A DNA stretch of 58,599 nt, the filler included, from Asterionella formosa (taxonomy: Eukaryota), in NCBI GenBank assembly GCA_002256025.1. It is 4 parts of 4 records of this genome, joined end to end, with 100 filler letters (N's around TTAATTAATTAA, not from the genome) between each part and the next. Parts side by side here need not be neighbours in the genome. Positions count along the whole stretch, not along the records: positions 29,369 to 43,941 come from NKIB01005920.1; positions 44,042 to 58,599 come from NKIB01005921.1; 2 more parts are not named here. One strand, written 5' to 3'. How positions within the stretch are numbered: the first letter of the stretch is position 1; each line of letters opens with the position of its first letter. Under the pieces are notes generated by a model, which searched no databases, was not told where the DNA came from, and saw only the letters and a list, made by a program, of their open reading frames with translations. A program made the position numbers and the translations under genes. This document shows, in pieces, positions 37,054 through 48,936 of this stretch.

Positions 37054-38383
37054 ACATAATTCCAGAATGCCCTATGATTTATTTTGTATATTAGAAGGAT
37101 AGTGGGAATCAACTGCAAATATAGAGGATACACTGTCTCGTGACGATATGCTGGTACCAGGTACAAAGAGGACTGTAACTACCGGTACCTGGTACTCTTC
37201 TGAGACACTATTGTGCCTGGGAGTACCACTTAAAACTTGATGCAAGCTGACATGGAACAGTGTGACCAAGAACCAGCACAAGTATATCATTGCAACCATC
37301 AGTTCAAGCAAAGAGTGCACTTAATCCAGAGCATCACTTTTCGGCATTAATCGCTGATGCACCATACACCAATGTCACTACTGCGGAAGACCAAGACACA
37401 AAACTATGTCAACATGCTAATGATGCCTCTCCTTTACACCCATGATTGATCTGTCACTTCCAATAAGGCAATTTGAACGGCCTTCAAAATGTAACAGTTG
37501 CGGTTCTGTAGCAAGTCCTTCATCGGTTTCCAGCCATGTCATTTATGAAGATTTTGACTTGGATGATGATTTAAATTAAATATTCTGCCAACTAGTTCTG
37601 GCATAGAATTTGTTACCGCATTTTTATAGAATATTCTACCAATGGAGCAATGGAAACCTTTGATACAATAGGGTATTGTTAAAAAAATACTTACATTTTG
37701 CTGTGAGAGCGCAATGAGAATAAGGGGTATCTCTTTATAATGCACTATGATTGTCAGGATTAAAGTAGGTGCTTGTTTGCTATTGTTAATTATGAGATTA
37801 AAGATTAGTTCAACTATATTAGTTCATGCGTGGGATTCCTATAAGGCTGTATTCCAAAGGATGTCAGTAATCCCAAGGTTCTCATTACTTATTTATCAAA
37901 AGTCAAAGAAGCTTGTAACACACTTTTGATAACTAAGTTATGAGAGTGAGCCTTGGGAAGACATCGATGGCTCTAGCAATAGAGTAGTAACAATACGCTA
38001 TAAAAACGATTAAGATGCATGTAAATTTATTAACTTCATTGATAAAAAAGCGCCTTAACACTACAGTACTTTTTTGGCATGGTAAACTTTGCCAGGATCA
38101 AAATGGTGCCAAATGTGCTGAATGTCAGCATGTCACCTCATCTAAAATACACATAAATATATTTGATATTAAAATTTCTCGCACCAAAATAGCTCCATTG
38201 CACTCCCAAGTATTAACATCAACTAATGTAGCACCTGTTAAAAAGAGCAGTTCATAATGAGTATTTGCAATAAGTGGAACATGTACTTGTTAAGCACCTA
38301 ATACAGGACATTGAATAAATACAAGATTTAAGAAGTTAAAAACAACAAAACTGTCAATACACCTGAGTGTAGGGTAACTCTAC

Positions 38384-38465
38384 GACACTCTGGCCGAGTG
38401 GTTAAGGCGGTTGACTAGAAATCAACTGGGTCTATCCCGCGTAGGTTCGAGTCCTGCGAGTGTCG
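38384..38465 (+). tRNA. tRNA-Ser (AGA)
   Basis: Acceptor stem GACACTC/GAGTGTC, TGGCCGAGTGG A box, GTTGA-CTAGAAA-TCAAC anticodon arm, long variable arm, GGTTCGAGTCC B box, T-run terminator. Confidence 0.97.
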
Positions 38466-38799
38466 TTCTTTTTGTACTTACAGGTTTTGATGTGGAAACG
38501 AAAATGTACTACCGGTACATGTTCTTTTTATTATTATTATTTTAGCCTAGTTTTCTTGGAAAGGGCAGATTGTTGTTGAAGCAAATATTGATTGTATGTA
38601 GAATGCATAGTAGGAGTACTCTTTTACTAAACTATGTCGTGAAATACAATGCTCATGACTCACAATCAAAAAACGGAGAAATCATTTACCCGGTATTATC
38701 AGGAGGATCAACTGATCAAACCAACATCTTGGAACAAGAATGAGAACTCACACCATCATGCTGTCATATCGTCCAGTGAGCGGAACGAAATACGTTACA

Positions 38800-40581
38800 A
38801 TGATTGGTGCCCTCCTTTGGTTGCTAGTGGTGGTGGGCACTTCAAGTGTCACTGCTCAAGAAGGACAGAGCTGTAAGTGGGACGATGGGAATTGCTTTGA
38901 TGATCCGCACATGAAGCCTATGACTGTTGACCTTGGCAATGGACAAGATACTTTCTGGGCGTATGTTCCCCCTGATGTATCTACATTTTACCAGAAAGAT
39001 CCGGGATCAAAGAGTGCTGTAAAGCCACGTTTCATTGGTCAATTCGCAAAATTCGTCAACTTGAGTCCCAAGGTCATTAGAATCTATTGGTAAGCAACAC
39101 TGCTACTCTAATTTCGCAGGTAAATTGACTCGAACTAATTTCATCTAGATTACAGGGATGCAGGAAAAGACCAAGACGAACTTTATATAGCTGAAGTAGT
39201 GGCATTCAATGCTGCAGGGACTGCTTGCAGTCCTGGTCACAAGTTTCTTGTTCGAGAAAAAGGAAACGAGGGCTCCCTTCTCGACGAATTTGTTGTTATA
39301 CCAGAGACTAGCATTTATGTTTATGACCCATTCAAGGAAGACCCTGATGGCTTGATTAAATTGAACAAAGGAGAGATGGAACTTTACAATTTGCAAAAGA
39401 ACAATATCGAATTTGGAAAGAAGTATCTTGAGTTTACTGGTCACGAATGGCTATCTCTATATCCTAGACGTCACCCTCCTCGCCACTACATGTGGCCTGC
39501 GGATTACTTCGGACAAGAGCACATTGTTGAGACTCCAGAGACACATATTGTCTCTATTCCCCCAAAGCATAAAATGGGTACTATCGTGGTCGGTTCAGAC
39601 CAGGTCAATGTAGGTTCAACTTCGAAATTGTCATGGTATGAATGGGCCCTCGCTCTCCTGAATATCTCACCAAAGCTAGTGCCGCCACCTACATCATCTA
39701 CACAACCTAAACAGCCTCAGAAGTTTCAAGAGTATCGTTCTGGAGAATCAATGAACATGACATTGACAGTTCTATCGTGTTCTCCTCGTGTTTTCGAGAT
39801 CAAGAACTTCCTTAGCAAAACTGAAGTTGATCACATTATGGAGCTTGCAACTGGAATGACACTTCACACTTCAACCACAAAAGCTGGTGTCGACGGGGAA
39901 GCCAGAGAGGACAAGGCGACTCGCACCTCGAAAAACACCTGGGTAAAGCGAGAAAGGTCACCAATTGTCGACATCGTGTATCGTCGGGCAGCTGCACTTC
40001 TTAATGTGGATGAAGCACTGATGAGAACACGAAATGTCAATGAGCGCCCTGATTTTGCATCCAAGTCATCCATGGCAGAGCAATTGCAGCTTGTTCATTA
40101 CGATGTTGGCCAGCAATGTACGTACTATATTTTATATTCTGATTGTGTGACAAAATTGCTGATACAAACGCAAATTCTGATTGTTTTCATATTGTAGACA
40201 CACCACACCATGACTTTGCCCTTCCATCCATTATCGAAGGGCAGCCAATGCGATTTGCCACAATTTTGCTCTACTTGAATGAAGGGATGGGAGGAGGAGA
40301 GACAGCCTTTCCTCGGTGGGTCAATGCTGACACAGGAAACCAGCTCATTGTGAAACCTGAGATTGGTAAAGCTGTCTTGTTCTATTCATTGCTTCCTGAC
40401 GGAAATATGGACGAGAGATCACAGCATACTGCTCTACCTGTCACTGCAGGGGAAAAGTGGTTGACCAATTTGTGGTGTAAGTTCCTTGTCTATACCAGAG
40501 TGCCATACTTCCCTTTCCAATTGTATCTAATGTTGCTTTTCATTTCCTCCAAAAGTCTGGGATCCTGAAATGAAATACTAG
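38800..40581 (+). CDS. Secreted-pathway prolyl 4-hydroxylase (2OG-Fe(II) oxygenase), 4 exons (38800-39089, 39156-40117, 40198-40476, 40556-40581)
   Basis: Signal peptide; LSCSPRVFEIKNFLS, RTSKNTW, LQLVHY, YTPHHD (HxD), RFATILLYLN, GGETAFP, distal His, GEKW. Three GT-AG introns keep the frame. Confidence 0.9.
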
Positions 40582-40590
40582 AAATAGAGG

Positions 40591-40736
40591 TTGATACACT
40601 GCCTTTATTTTTTACATGTTCTTTTTAGGAAATCATGCATCAGTGCTTACTTATCTATTTGTTTTGCTGCTTGATACACTGCCTTTATTTTTTTTTGAGG
40701 AAATCATGCATCAATGCTTACTTATTTATTTTTTGT
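40591..40736 (+). repeat. Tandem ~80-bp duplication in the P4H 3' region
   Basis: TTGATACACTGCCTTTATTTTTT...AGGAAATCATGCATCA.TGCTTACTTAT occurs twice. Confidence 0.85.
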
Positions 40737-41414
40737 GCAGCTTGTACTTGTAGGACAATTAATGGAGCATTATATTATATGCTACACTCATGACACCATT
40801 TCTGTCAAAAGAACTGTGATTCAAAATGTCAAACCCCAAAAAGAGGATTGGGGGACATATTCTCACTTTGAGGAGCTTGATACAACAAGCAACATGGTGT
40901 GAGGCTATATTATTCAACCCCAATAATCAGGAGATTACTAATTCCCCTGCACATCTATGAACAATGTTAGCTATTGACTATCACATTACTTGGATTTTGG
41001 CTTCCCAAGCCTAATAATAGGAGCGAAATTCAATTCTTTTCAAAGGAAAATATAGTTGAGGCTGAAAATCATGTGAAAATACAACAGCTCCTTCTTCAAA
41101 ATCACATTCAGAACTCCCATTTGTTCTCTCATCCTCTGCCAGACTTACTGCATGCAAGGCTAGTGAAAAAGCAAATGCGTCTGGACGAAGTGGAGCTTCT
41201 TCTTGAAGAATCTGCATATTTAGCCCAAAGTGGCCAACTACCGGGTATATCTAAATAAATTTACATCACAATATCCTGACAATTGGCAGATCATGGCCTA
41301 TATCCAATGGTGAGACAGTGTTCAAGACAGCAGCATCATTTTGAACACAAACTAAGATTTCACATTCTTCACTGGTTGAGCACAATCCAGCACCAATTCC
41401 TGACTCTCATTCGT

Positions 41415-41927
41415 ATTATGGAGCTTGCAGCAGGAATGACACTTCACACCTCAACGACAAAGACCGGGGAAGCTCGCCAGGACACTGCAACTCGCACTTC
41501 GAAAAACACTTGGGTGAAGCGAGAAAGGTCGTCAATCGCCTTCGTTGTGTACCGTCGTGCGGCTGATTTACTTAACGTGGACGAAGCGTTGATGAGAATA
41601 CGACAAGTCAATGAGTACCCTGATGTTGCATCCAAGTCATCCATGGCAGAGCAATTGCAGCCATTTCATTACGATGTTGGCTAGCAATGTAGGTACTACA
41701 TATTATATTCTGACGATAATTCATAATTGCTGATGCGAATGAATGCAAATACTGACTGTTCCAATTTCCAGAAACACCACACCACGACTTGTCTGTACCG
41801 ACACTTGTTGAAGGAGTGGTTGACCAATTTGCGATGTAAGTTCCTTTTTCCTGTCAGCTTTCCTGACTCTCCTCTCCAATTTGGTTTAATGTTTCGATTC
41901 TCCCTTCTTCCATAAATCTGGGATCCT
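41415..41927 (+). pseudogene. Partial, intron-retaining duplicate of the P4H 3' half
   Basis: IMELAAGMTLHTSTTK...SKSSMAEQLQ matches 39835-40117; CAG>TAG at 41682; most of exon 3 deleted; intron-derived sequence retained; last acceptor lost. Confidence 0.92.
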
Positions 41928-42087
41928 GCAATGATTTTCTGATATAAAAGGGTATAGAATCAACAGCATTAAAAATAACAGTATTCTGAATTTTTGAAGG
42001 GAGTAAATTTTGTATTTGTTAAGCTACGTAATTACCATAGCCCAAAACCCTGGATTTCTCATCACAACGCAGCGTAGTAACATGCCT

Positions 42088-43774
42088 TTATAGAATGTAC
42101 TTTGAAATATCGCTCTCTGCTAATGAGTCTGAAAGGCGATCTTGCACTAGCTTTTTATTCAGAGTCAGAACAGCCCCATCCTCTTCCTCCGCTGCTTGGA
42201 AACTCAGATCTTCCATGATTCTTTCCATGACAGTGTGAAGCCTTCTAGCTCCGATATTTTCTACCGTCTTATTCAAAAGTGCCGCCAGTCGTGCCATTTC
42301 GCGGATAGCATCGTCGTCAACCTCCAGCGTTACACCTTCTGTGGCAATCAGCTCCTTTTGTTGACGCACAAGCTGAATGGCCAAGCAACAAGAAAGTCAA
42401 GAAACATAAGTACACGTAAAGTAAACACCACAATCAATCCTTGCATGCTTTGCTTACGTTGGCAACCGGTTCTGTAAGAATTCTGTACAAGTCGTTCTCT
42501 GTCAAACCACTTAGTTCGACACGGATAGGAAGTCGCCCTTGAAGTTCAGGCAACATGTCACTTGGCTTGACAGCATGGAAGGCCCCACTTGCGACGAATA
42601 GTATGTAATCAGTCTTCACATTACCATACTTGGTGTTAACCGTAGTTCCTTCAATCAGAGGCAATAGATCACGCTGTACTCCATCAGCACTGGCATCTGC
42701 ACTTCGTGGCATGGCATCTTTTGATGAACAAATCTTGTCAATCTCGTCAATGAACACAATGCCACTCTCTTCAGCAGCAGCAATGGCTTCTTTCTGTAGA
42801 TCTACTTGCTCGAGGAGTTTTTCTAGTTCAAGCTCTAGAATAACCTCTCGCGCCTCCGAAATGGGCAATTTTTTGCGCTCAGAAGCCTTTTTCTTCCCTC
42901 CTGGGTTGATTCTGTTGAGCAAGTCTGACATGGCTTGCATGTTAATATTAGGAGTGCCACTGTCACCCATTGCGATCACATTACTGCCCGTTCCGGATCC
43001 ACCCTCTGGCACATCGACTTCTACCTCCTGATCGTCCAAAAGCCCTTGCTGCAGCATGTCTCTGAAAGACTCTCGTCCTCGATTTCCTTCCTTCGGTCCG
43101 GTGAGGAGATCCAAAATCCTATCTTCGACCAAATCCTTGGCCTGTGCCCTTAACTTTTCAGTCTGTTTCTTCTTTGTCAATGACATTGACACGTCCATCA
43201 GATCTCTAATAATTTGATCTACATCACGCCCATGGTATCCGACTTCAGTAAACTTAGTCGCTTCGACCTTGAGAAATGGCGCATCGCCCAATGCCGCGAC
43301 TCGACGCGCTACCTCGGTCTTGACGACAGATTAATTTTTATTTTACTGTTAGCAGCAAATTTCACACACTCAAAAAATTCGAGACGATAATGCACTGACC
43401 TTGCCGCAGCCAGTTGGCCCTATCATGAGCACATTTCGCGGTGTAACTTCCTTCTGAAGTTCTGCCGGCAGCTGTCGACGCCTCCATCGATTCCGCATAG
43501 CAATGGCAATTGCGCGTTTGGCATCCTGCTGACCAACGATATGTCTGTCAAGTTCCTTGACAACATCCGAGGGTCTAAGGTTCTTGGCCAAGGCATCGTC
43601 TCTGACTGGAATGATGCACTCGTCGTCGGACGAGTCACTGGTTGTCGTGGCCTCAACAGCTGCTGTACCGGTAGTAGTGTCGACAGCGTCTGTGCTCAAC
43701 AAGCAGAGTCTGTTCCATGTGACCGCTCTTGAGGCTGGACGAACTGCTCGATGGAGAGAACTGGACAGAAGCAT
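42088..43774 (-). CDS. hslU: Mitochondrial HslU/ClpY ATPase, 3 exons (43774-43400, 43318-42458, 42372-42088)
   Basis: Presequence; [66 protein letters not shown]-terminal YIL. Introns 43319-43399 and 42373-42457. Confidence 0.96.
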
Positions 43775-44322
43775 GGCAACGAAATCGAAGGTTTCTTTTG
43801 ATCGAGGACGAACTATCCCAGTATTGATAGTCTCAACAGTATATTATAATCAGAACGTCGTGGTGAAGACTGCGAAGACAGGATAGAAGTTCATCGTCGG
43901 TTTGAGAAGGTTCCACCTGACGTCATGACATCCTCCAACTCNNNNNNNNNNNNNNNNNNNNNNNNNNNNNNNNNNNNNNNNNNNNTTAATTAATTAANNN
44001 NNNNNNNNNNNNNNNNNNNNNNNNNNNNNNNNNNNNNNNNNTACCAGGGTACCTGGTATCTGGTATTACAGGTTGCTACACATGATCCTGTATCTACATA
44101 CAAAAAGTGAATCATTTTATGTATCGATACCGCTGTGTAGCTAGCAGAATGTACCGCTACCTGATACCAAGTACCAGGTACCATGTACGCTGGGTGGCAT
44201 GGTTCTTCTGTTTTGTTATGGTCATCATCATGGCTGGAACGGACCAACACCCCACCCCGCACAAAAGAAATTCAAAGGGAATTTCTCGTTTGTGTAGGAA
44301 GCAGCACGGAAGCATAGCAACC

Positions 44323-47023
44323 ATGGCGTCAGCTGCGTTGCTTGCACTCCTCCCCCTGGCGTACGCTGCCAACGGTAGCTTGGAAAAGTCAATTGCCAAG
44401 AGGTACGCATAAATAGCCGAGACGCAATGCCGTAGCACTGTTGGACGCAACGATGTTAACGTGATTGACCCTCCCTTTCCTCGCCTCCCCTGTGTGTCCT
44501 GACCAGCCTCTTGGACCCTGCCGCTCGTGTCCGGCACCGCAAACTGCACGAAGATCCCACCTTTCTGAACCACCATCGCCGCTTCTCGCTGCACACTCCC
44601 GAACAAGCAGATCGGGCGATGCAATCGCCCAGTACGCAGAAAGCATGCGACGCTGCCTTCATGGCATGCTTGCCCAACGACGGTTGCGTCGATTGCTTTA
44701 TGACGCTTCAGGTAGAAGGCATTGATTGGGCCAGTGTCACACCAAACACCCCATGCACCGATGTCACCAAGTTTCTATTTGCGGGGAATCACTGCTCTGT
44801 GATGAAAGGCGACGTCAAGGCGATTGATATCTTCTGCTCGACCTTTGATTCGTGTGTTGTTTGGGATGACTATCCGGGTAGCGATACTAAAGGCGGGAAG
44901 TCATCCAATGCTACCATTGACTGTAGCTCTCTCTCGTCCTGTTCGTGGGATGGCTTTCACTCGACCTTTATTGGAGATGGAGTCTGTCATGATAAACTCC
45001 CAGGATGTTACAACTCCAAGATTTGTGGATACGATGGAGGGGATTGCTGCTCAGATACATGTGTTTCGGACGGATACTTTGTAGACTGTGGAACGGATGG
45101 GTTTGCTTGCCGAGACCCCAAGTCCAAGTTATGTAATCCGAGTTTGTCTTCACTTTGTCCTGCAAGAGACGACGATCTTGTACCCAAACCGCAGCCGATT
45201 TGTGCGACCGGGGAAGCCTTGTATAGACTTGTCATGTATGATTCGTTTGGAGATGGATGGGATCAGACCAAGTTGACTATTGCCCTTAATCAGGACTTAT
45301 CTAAGCCAGTATGGACAGGTGGGCTCAAAACAGGTGCTATAGGGACTGAGTTCATTTGCCTATCCAAATCTCAAACGTGCTATCACGTTGACGTCAAGGG
45401 AGGAACTTGGGGAAACGAAGTGTCTTGGGAAATAAAGGCTAGTGGGGAAGGCACTCCGGCCATTGCTGATGGCGGTGCTCCTACTTCATGCACCTTTCCT
45501 GTAAATGGGGATCCTTGTTCCCGCTCATGCTCTGGAAAACCGACCATTGATCCCACAACAGATCCAGACTACAAGACCTACAAGGAGATGTTCACCTGTA
45601 TCGAACAAAAGTGTTTGATTCAGGTTGGATCTTGTCGAAATGATGCAGGTTGTCTTCCTTGCTTTAGTCAGGATGCTCCTGAATTTTGTTTTGCTAACGA
45701 CAATTTCAATGCAGTAATTGATTGTGGATTGTGTACCTGCAATGAAAACGAGAACAAGGAGTTTTGCGATTCGAAGGCCACGCCTGGAGCCATCGTTCCG
45801 CCAAAGCCTTTGAAGCCAGATGATGATGCAGCTGCAAAAAGACCTTGTAGTGCTGCTGAAACTTTGCAGGGATCATCGTCTGTCATGACCTTTGCAAAGT
45901 GCAGCAACTTCGACCAAATCGGAATGATGGTGACAGATTTTGACGAAAATAACTTTGGTTCTCTTGATTCCTTTGAGACATGCGCTCATTCGTTCTCGAA
46001 TGAAGCCGTTCACGGTGGAAGAACAGCATTGGGGTGCATGCAAATTTTGGCCAACGCCATTGATCATCCAGGTGACGACAAGAAAGGTGCGCCAGTGGAG
46101 GCCATTGCAGCGTTGGCAAAATTGTTGTATCACAACGCCGAAGGATTTTGTGATTGTGCCATCAAGGCAAACGCAGATTGCCCCCTTTGCCCCAGCTTTC
46201 ACAGTTTCAAGACGCTTTTATACGAATCCTTGGATGCGTGCAAGGCATTGGACGAGATCGACTGTGATGCCTGGAATGAGTTTTACACTCCATGCAAGAG
46301 CAATGTCATGCAAATGTTTGGAAATGTTGACTTTTCGAATCGCAGTCAATGTAAGTTTTGTGTCGCAATTTTTTTTCTTTTGGGGATATATCAGGTTTAA
46401 CTAGATAGCAACGTACTCATTTCTTTTTTCTCGACGCAGGCGATTATGTCAAAGATACTTGTGGTGGTGCCGGTCCATTTCCGGCCTTTCGCAAGCTGGA
46501 TTGTGGACGTGAGCTTCCAAAGTCTAGTTGGGACTTCTATTCTCTTTACGCAAAGTCGTGCCTCCAGGGAAACGACGGGATCCCGCCGGAGCCAGTTCCA
46601 ATTAATCCAGTTCCAGCAACTTCGAAACCAATCCCTCCTCCTGTTTCGATGCCGACAATTCCGCCCGCTGTCAAGCCTGACGACGGGAAGAAATCCGGCG
46701 GCGGAGACGTCGGTCCCAAGCCTTACGTACCACCTGACGATGACAGCAAATCAAATTATGTTCCAAAGGAAAAGAAGAAAAAACATCACTTTTTCCGAAA
46801 TGTTTTCTTCCTATGTATTATTGGAGGAGTTGGTTATTATTATTACAAGAAGCGTCAAGACGCATTTAGCTTTGTCCGATACCGTAGAGGGCCTCGCAAC
46901 TTTGGTGGGGAGAGTGAAATGTACAGTGGCTTGGCCATGGATAGTGGATCTGCTTCTTTTGAGCCACCCTCACTGCCGCCTCCTCCCTCTGCAATTGATG
47001 AAGGACGACAATCATTTCTATAG
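44323..47023 (+). CDS. Cys-rich type I membrane protein with LNR/Notch-like module, 3 exons (44323-44402, 44507-46350, 46440-47023)
   Basis: Exon 1 encodes the signal peptide (MASAALLALLPLAYA); IGDGVCHD...CYNSKICGYDGGDCC; YDSFGDGW motif; Pro-rich stalk; TM helix then YYYYKKR. Both introns are GT-AG and frame-preserving. Confidence 0.88.
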
Positions 47024-48658
47024 GATCAATCACGAGAACTCGTGGGCGCAATTGGATAATTTACATATGTTAGCAAGAGATAATTAGGCAACAATCAATG
47101 AAATTTGTAGACAAGAAGAACCTACCAATATTGACAATACTGTCATGTCATTTTTGTTAACTGGCACCGGATATGTAGTCTACTATTATAGATTGCCCAA
47201 CACCAGTCACATTATTTTCCTTGTTGCTCTTGTTTCAGAGCACAGTGGAAAGGCAACTGTATCTCAGCAGTCCTAATGTAAATGCAAATGTTCCAAAAGA
47301 AATGGAAACATTCCGGGGAGGTCGAGGCCATTAAATAGCATGAGAGTTCCGGTTTGTTGAATCATCATATGTGAGGACCAGTAGTAGCAACAAAAGAAAT
47401 ATCTAAGCAACAGTGGGAAAACCACCCCTAATGTAGAGCAAGAAAGATGCAAATGTGCCAACAAACTGACTCCATGATGCCAAAAATGCCCACACATTGA
47501 GCTGCTGAAGTCGCCAAGGCTGCTTGATCAACATCACATGTGCTCATGGCAATAAGTTAGCAGAATTGGCTTGATTGCTCTTGCAGCCAGACAATACATC
47601 CTTCTACCACAGCAAAAAAACTTAAACCTTCCTGTGCACTGTTGATTGATGTGTGTTCAGCTGAATGGAGCTGCCTTCTTACATTGAAAAATCGCTTGAG
47701 TGATGGAAGCACAGCCGATGACTGAAAACAGAGCAAACATAGTTAATAATCACATAATTACATGCACCATATCAAAGCACAATCATGCTTGTTGTTTCGC
47801 ATGCTTTGACTCTAATGACTCAATTAAAATCCCCGTTGTTATGGAAATGGCAGATTCCTCAATCCATGAGGCCTCGTTTTGTAATCTCTGCATCGGAAGT
47901 ACTCCACAACATCCCCTGCTATCGATGGTGATAAGCGTGCCAATTGGAACTGTTCAAGATGACCAACAATTTGAAATTCGTATATGGCTTTTTAAACAAC
48001 AAGCAATTTTCCGTGTTGACTTTCTAGTCGCAGAAAATGTCGAAAAAATCCTTGATACACGGGGGTTGGGCAATCTATACTATAGGCTACTCCTACTAGA
48101 CTACCGGGTATCAAAATGATCCTCCATCACTTGACAATGGTGTTTTACAAGAAAGGGCCAAAGATGAGGATACAGAAGTTGAAACGTCTGACCACTTGAA
48201 AGTAGATTTTTTAGTGTTAATTGTTTTTGTAAGACCTTTCGGCTCTTGTTTCCCTCTGTACCTGGTACCAGGAACATGGGAACGTATCAATCAGGAGGCC
48301 ATGCATGAGATAAAACCCAGCATTCGCTGTACTGGTACTCCGTTAACTGTCACCGGAGTACAAGGGTACCAGGTACCACATATGTCGAAGCCTCAATGAT
48401 ATTCATGCAGACTATATCCTGGATGTAAATAATTTCTTTCAGCAATTACATATTCATGTATGAATATCATATGGGGTCTGCTTTTAATTACCGGTAGTAT
48501 TCTCACTCTAGCTAGTATCAGGCTATGTATTTACTGGACGTGTCAGGTGCCGGTATCCTCCCTGAGGATGGTAAATACTAACACGGAGTACCAGTTACGG
48601 CTGTAGCCTACTATTAACGCAACGAATGATGACAGTACTGGCATGGTAGGGTACCAGA

Positions 48659-48748
48659 GCAAGTTGCGGTAATTTTGCTGAAACTAAAGATTTAGCTATC
48701 TTTATCCAAGATTAAAATGTTAGTTTAAGCAAAATGACCGCAACTTGC
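48659..48748. mobile_element. 90-bp MITE, copy 2
   Basis: TIR GCAAGTTGCGGTAATTTTGCT / AGCAAAATGACCGCAACTTGC (20 of 21 complementary). Confidence 0.8.
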
Positions 48749-48936
48749 AGGTACATACATATCTTGTTTTCAAACTTTGACGGAATGCAAGACAAATACT
48801 ACGTACATCCAGGATATATATTGTAGCTAATTACCTGGCACTATGTACGGTACCTGGTACCAGGTACCGGATACCTTACTCATCATCAGTCACTGGATTT
48901 ACACAAAAAAAAAACAAAGAACAGAAAGGACCATAA

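Noticed and set aside
39604..39720. Possible extra in-frame intron in P4H exon 2
   Set aside because: The GTCAAT donor is weak and the frame is open anyway; cannot be decided without transcripts.
42088..43774. HslU (and CSK) as bacterial contamination or recent transfer
   Set aside because: HslU has spliceosomal introns and both have organellar presequences. These are known nuclear-encoded organellar genes in stramenopiles.
47200..47900. Possible transposase remnant
   Set aside because: No convincing DDE or other motif in the frames I examined.
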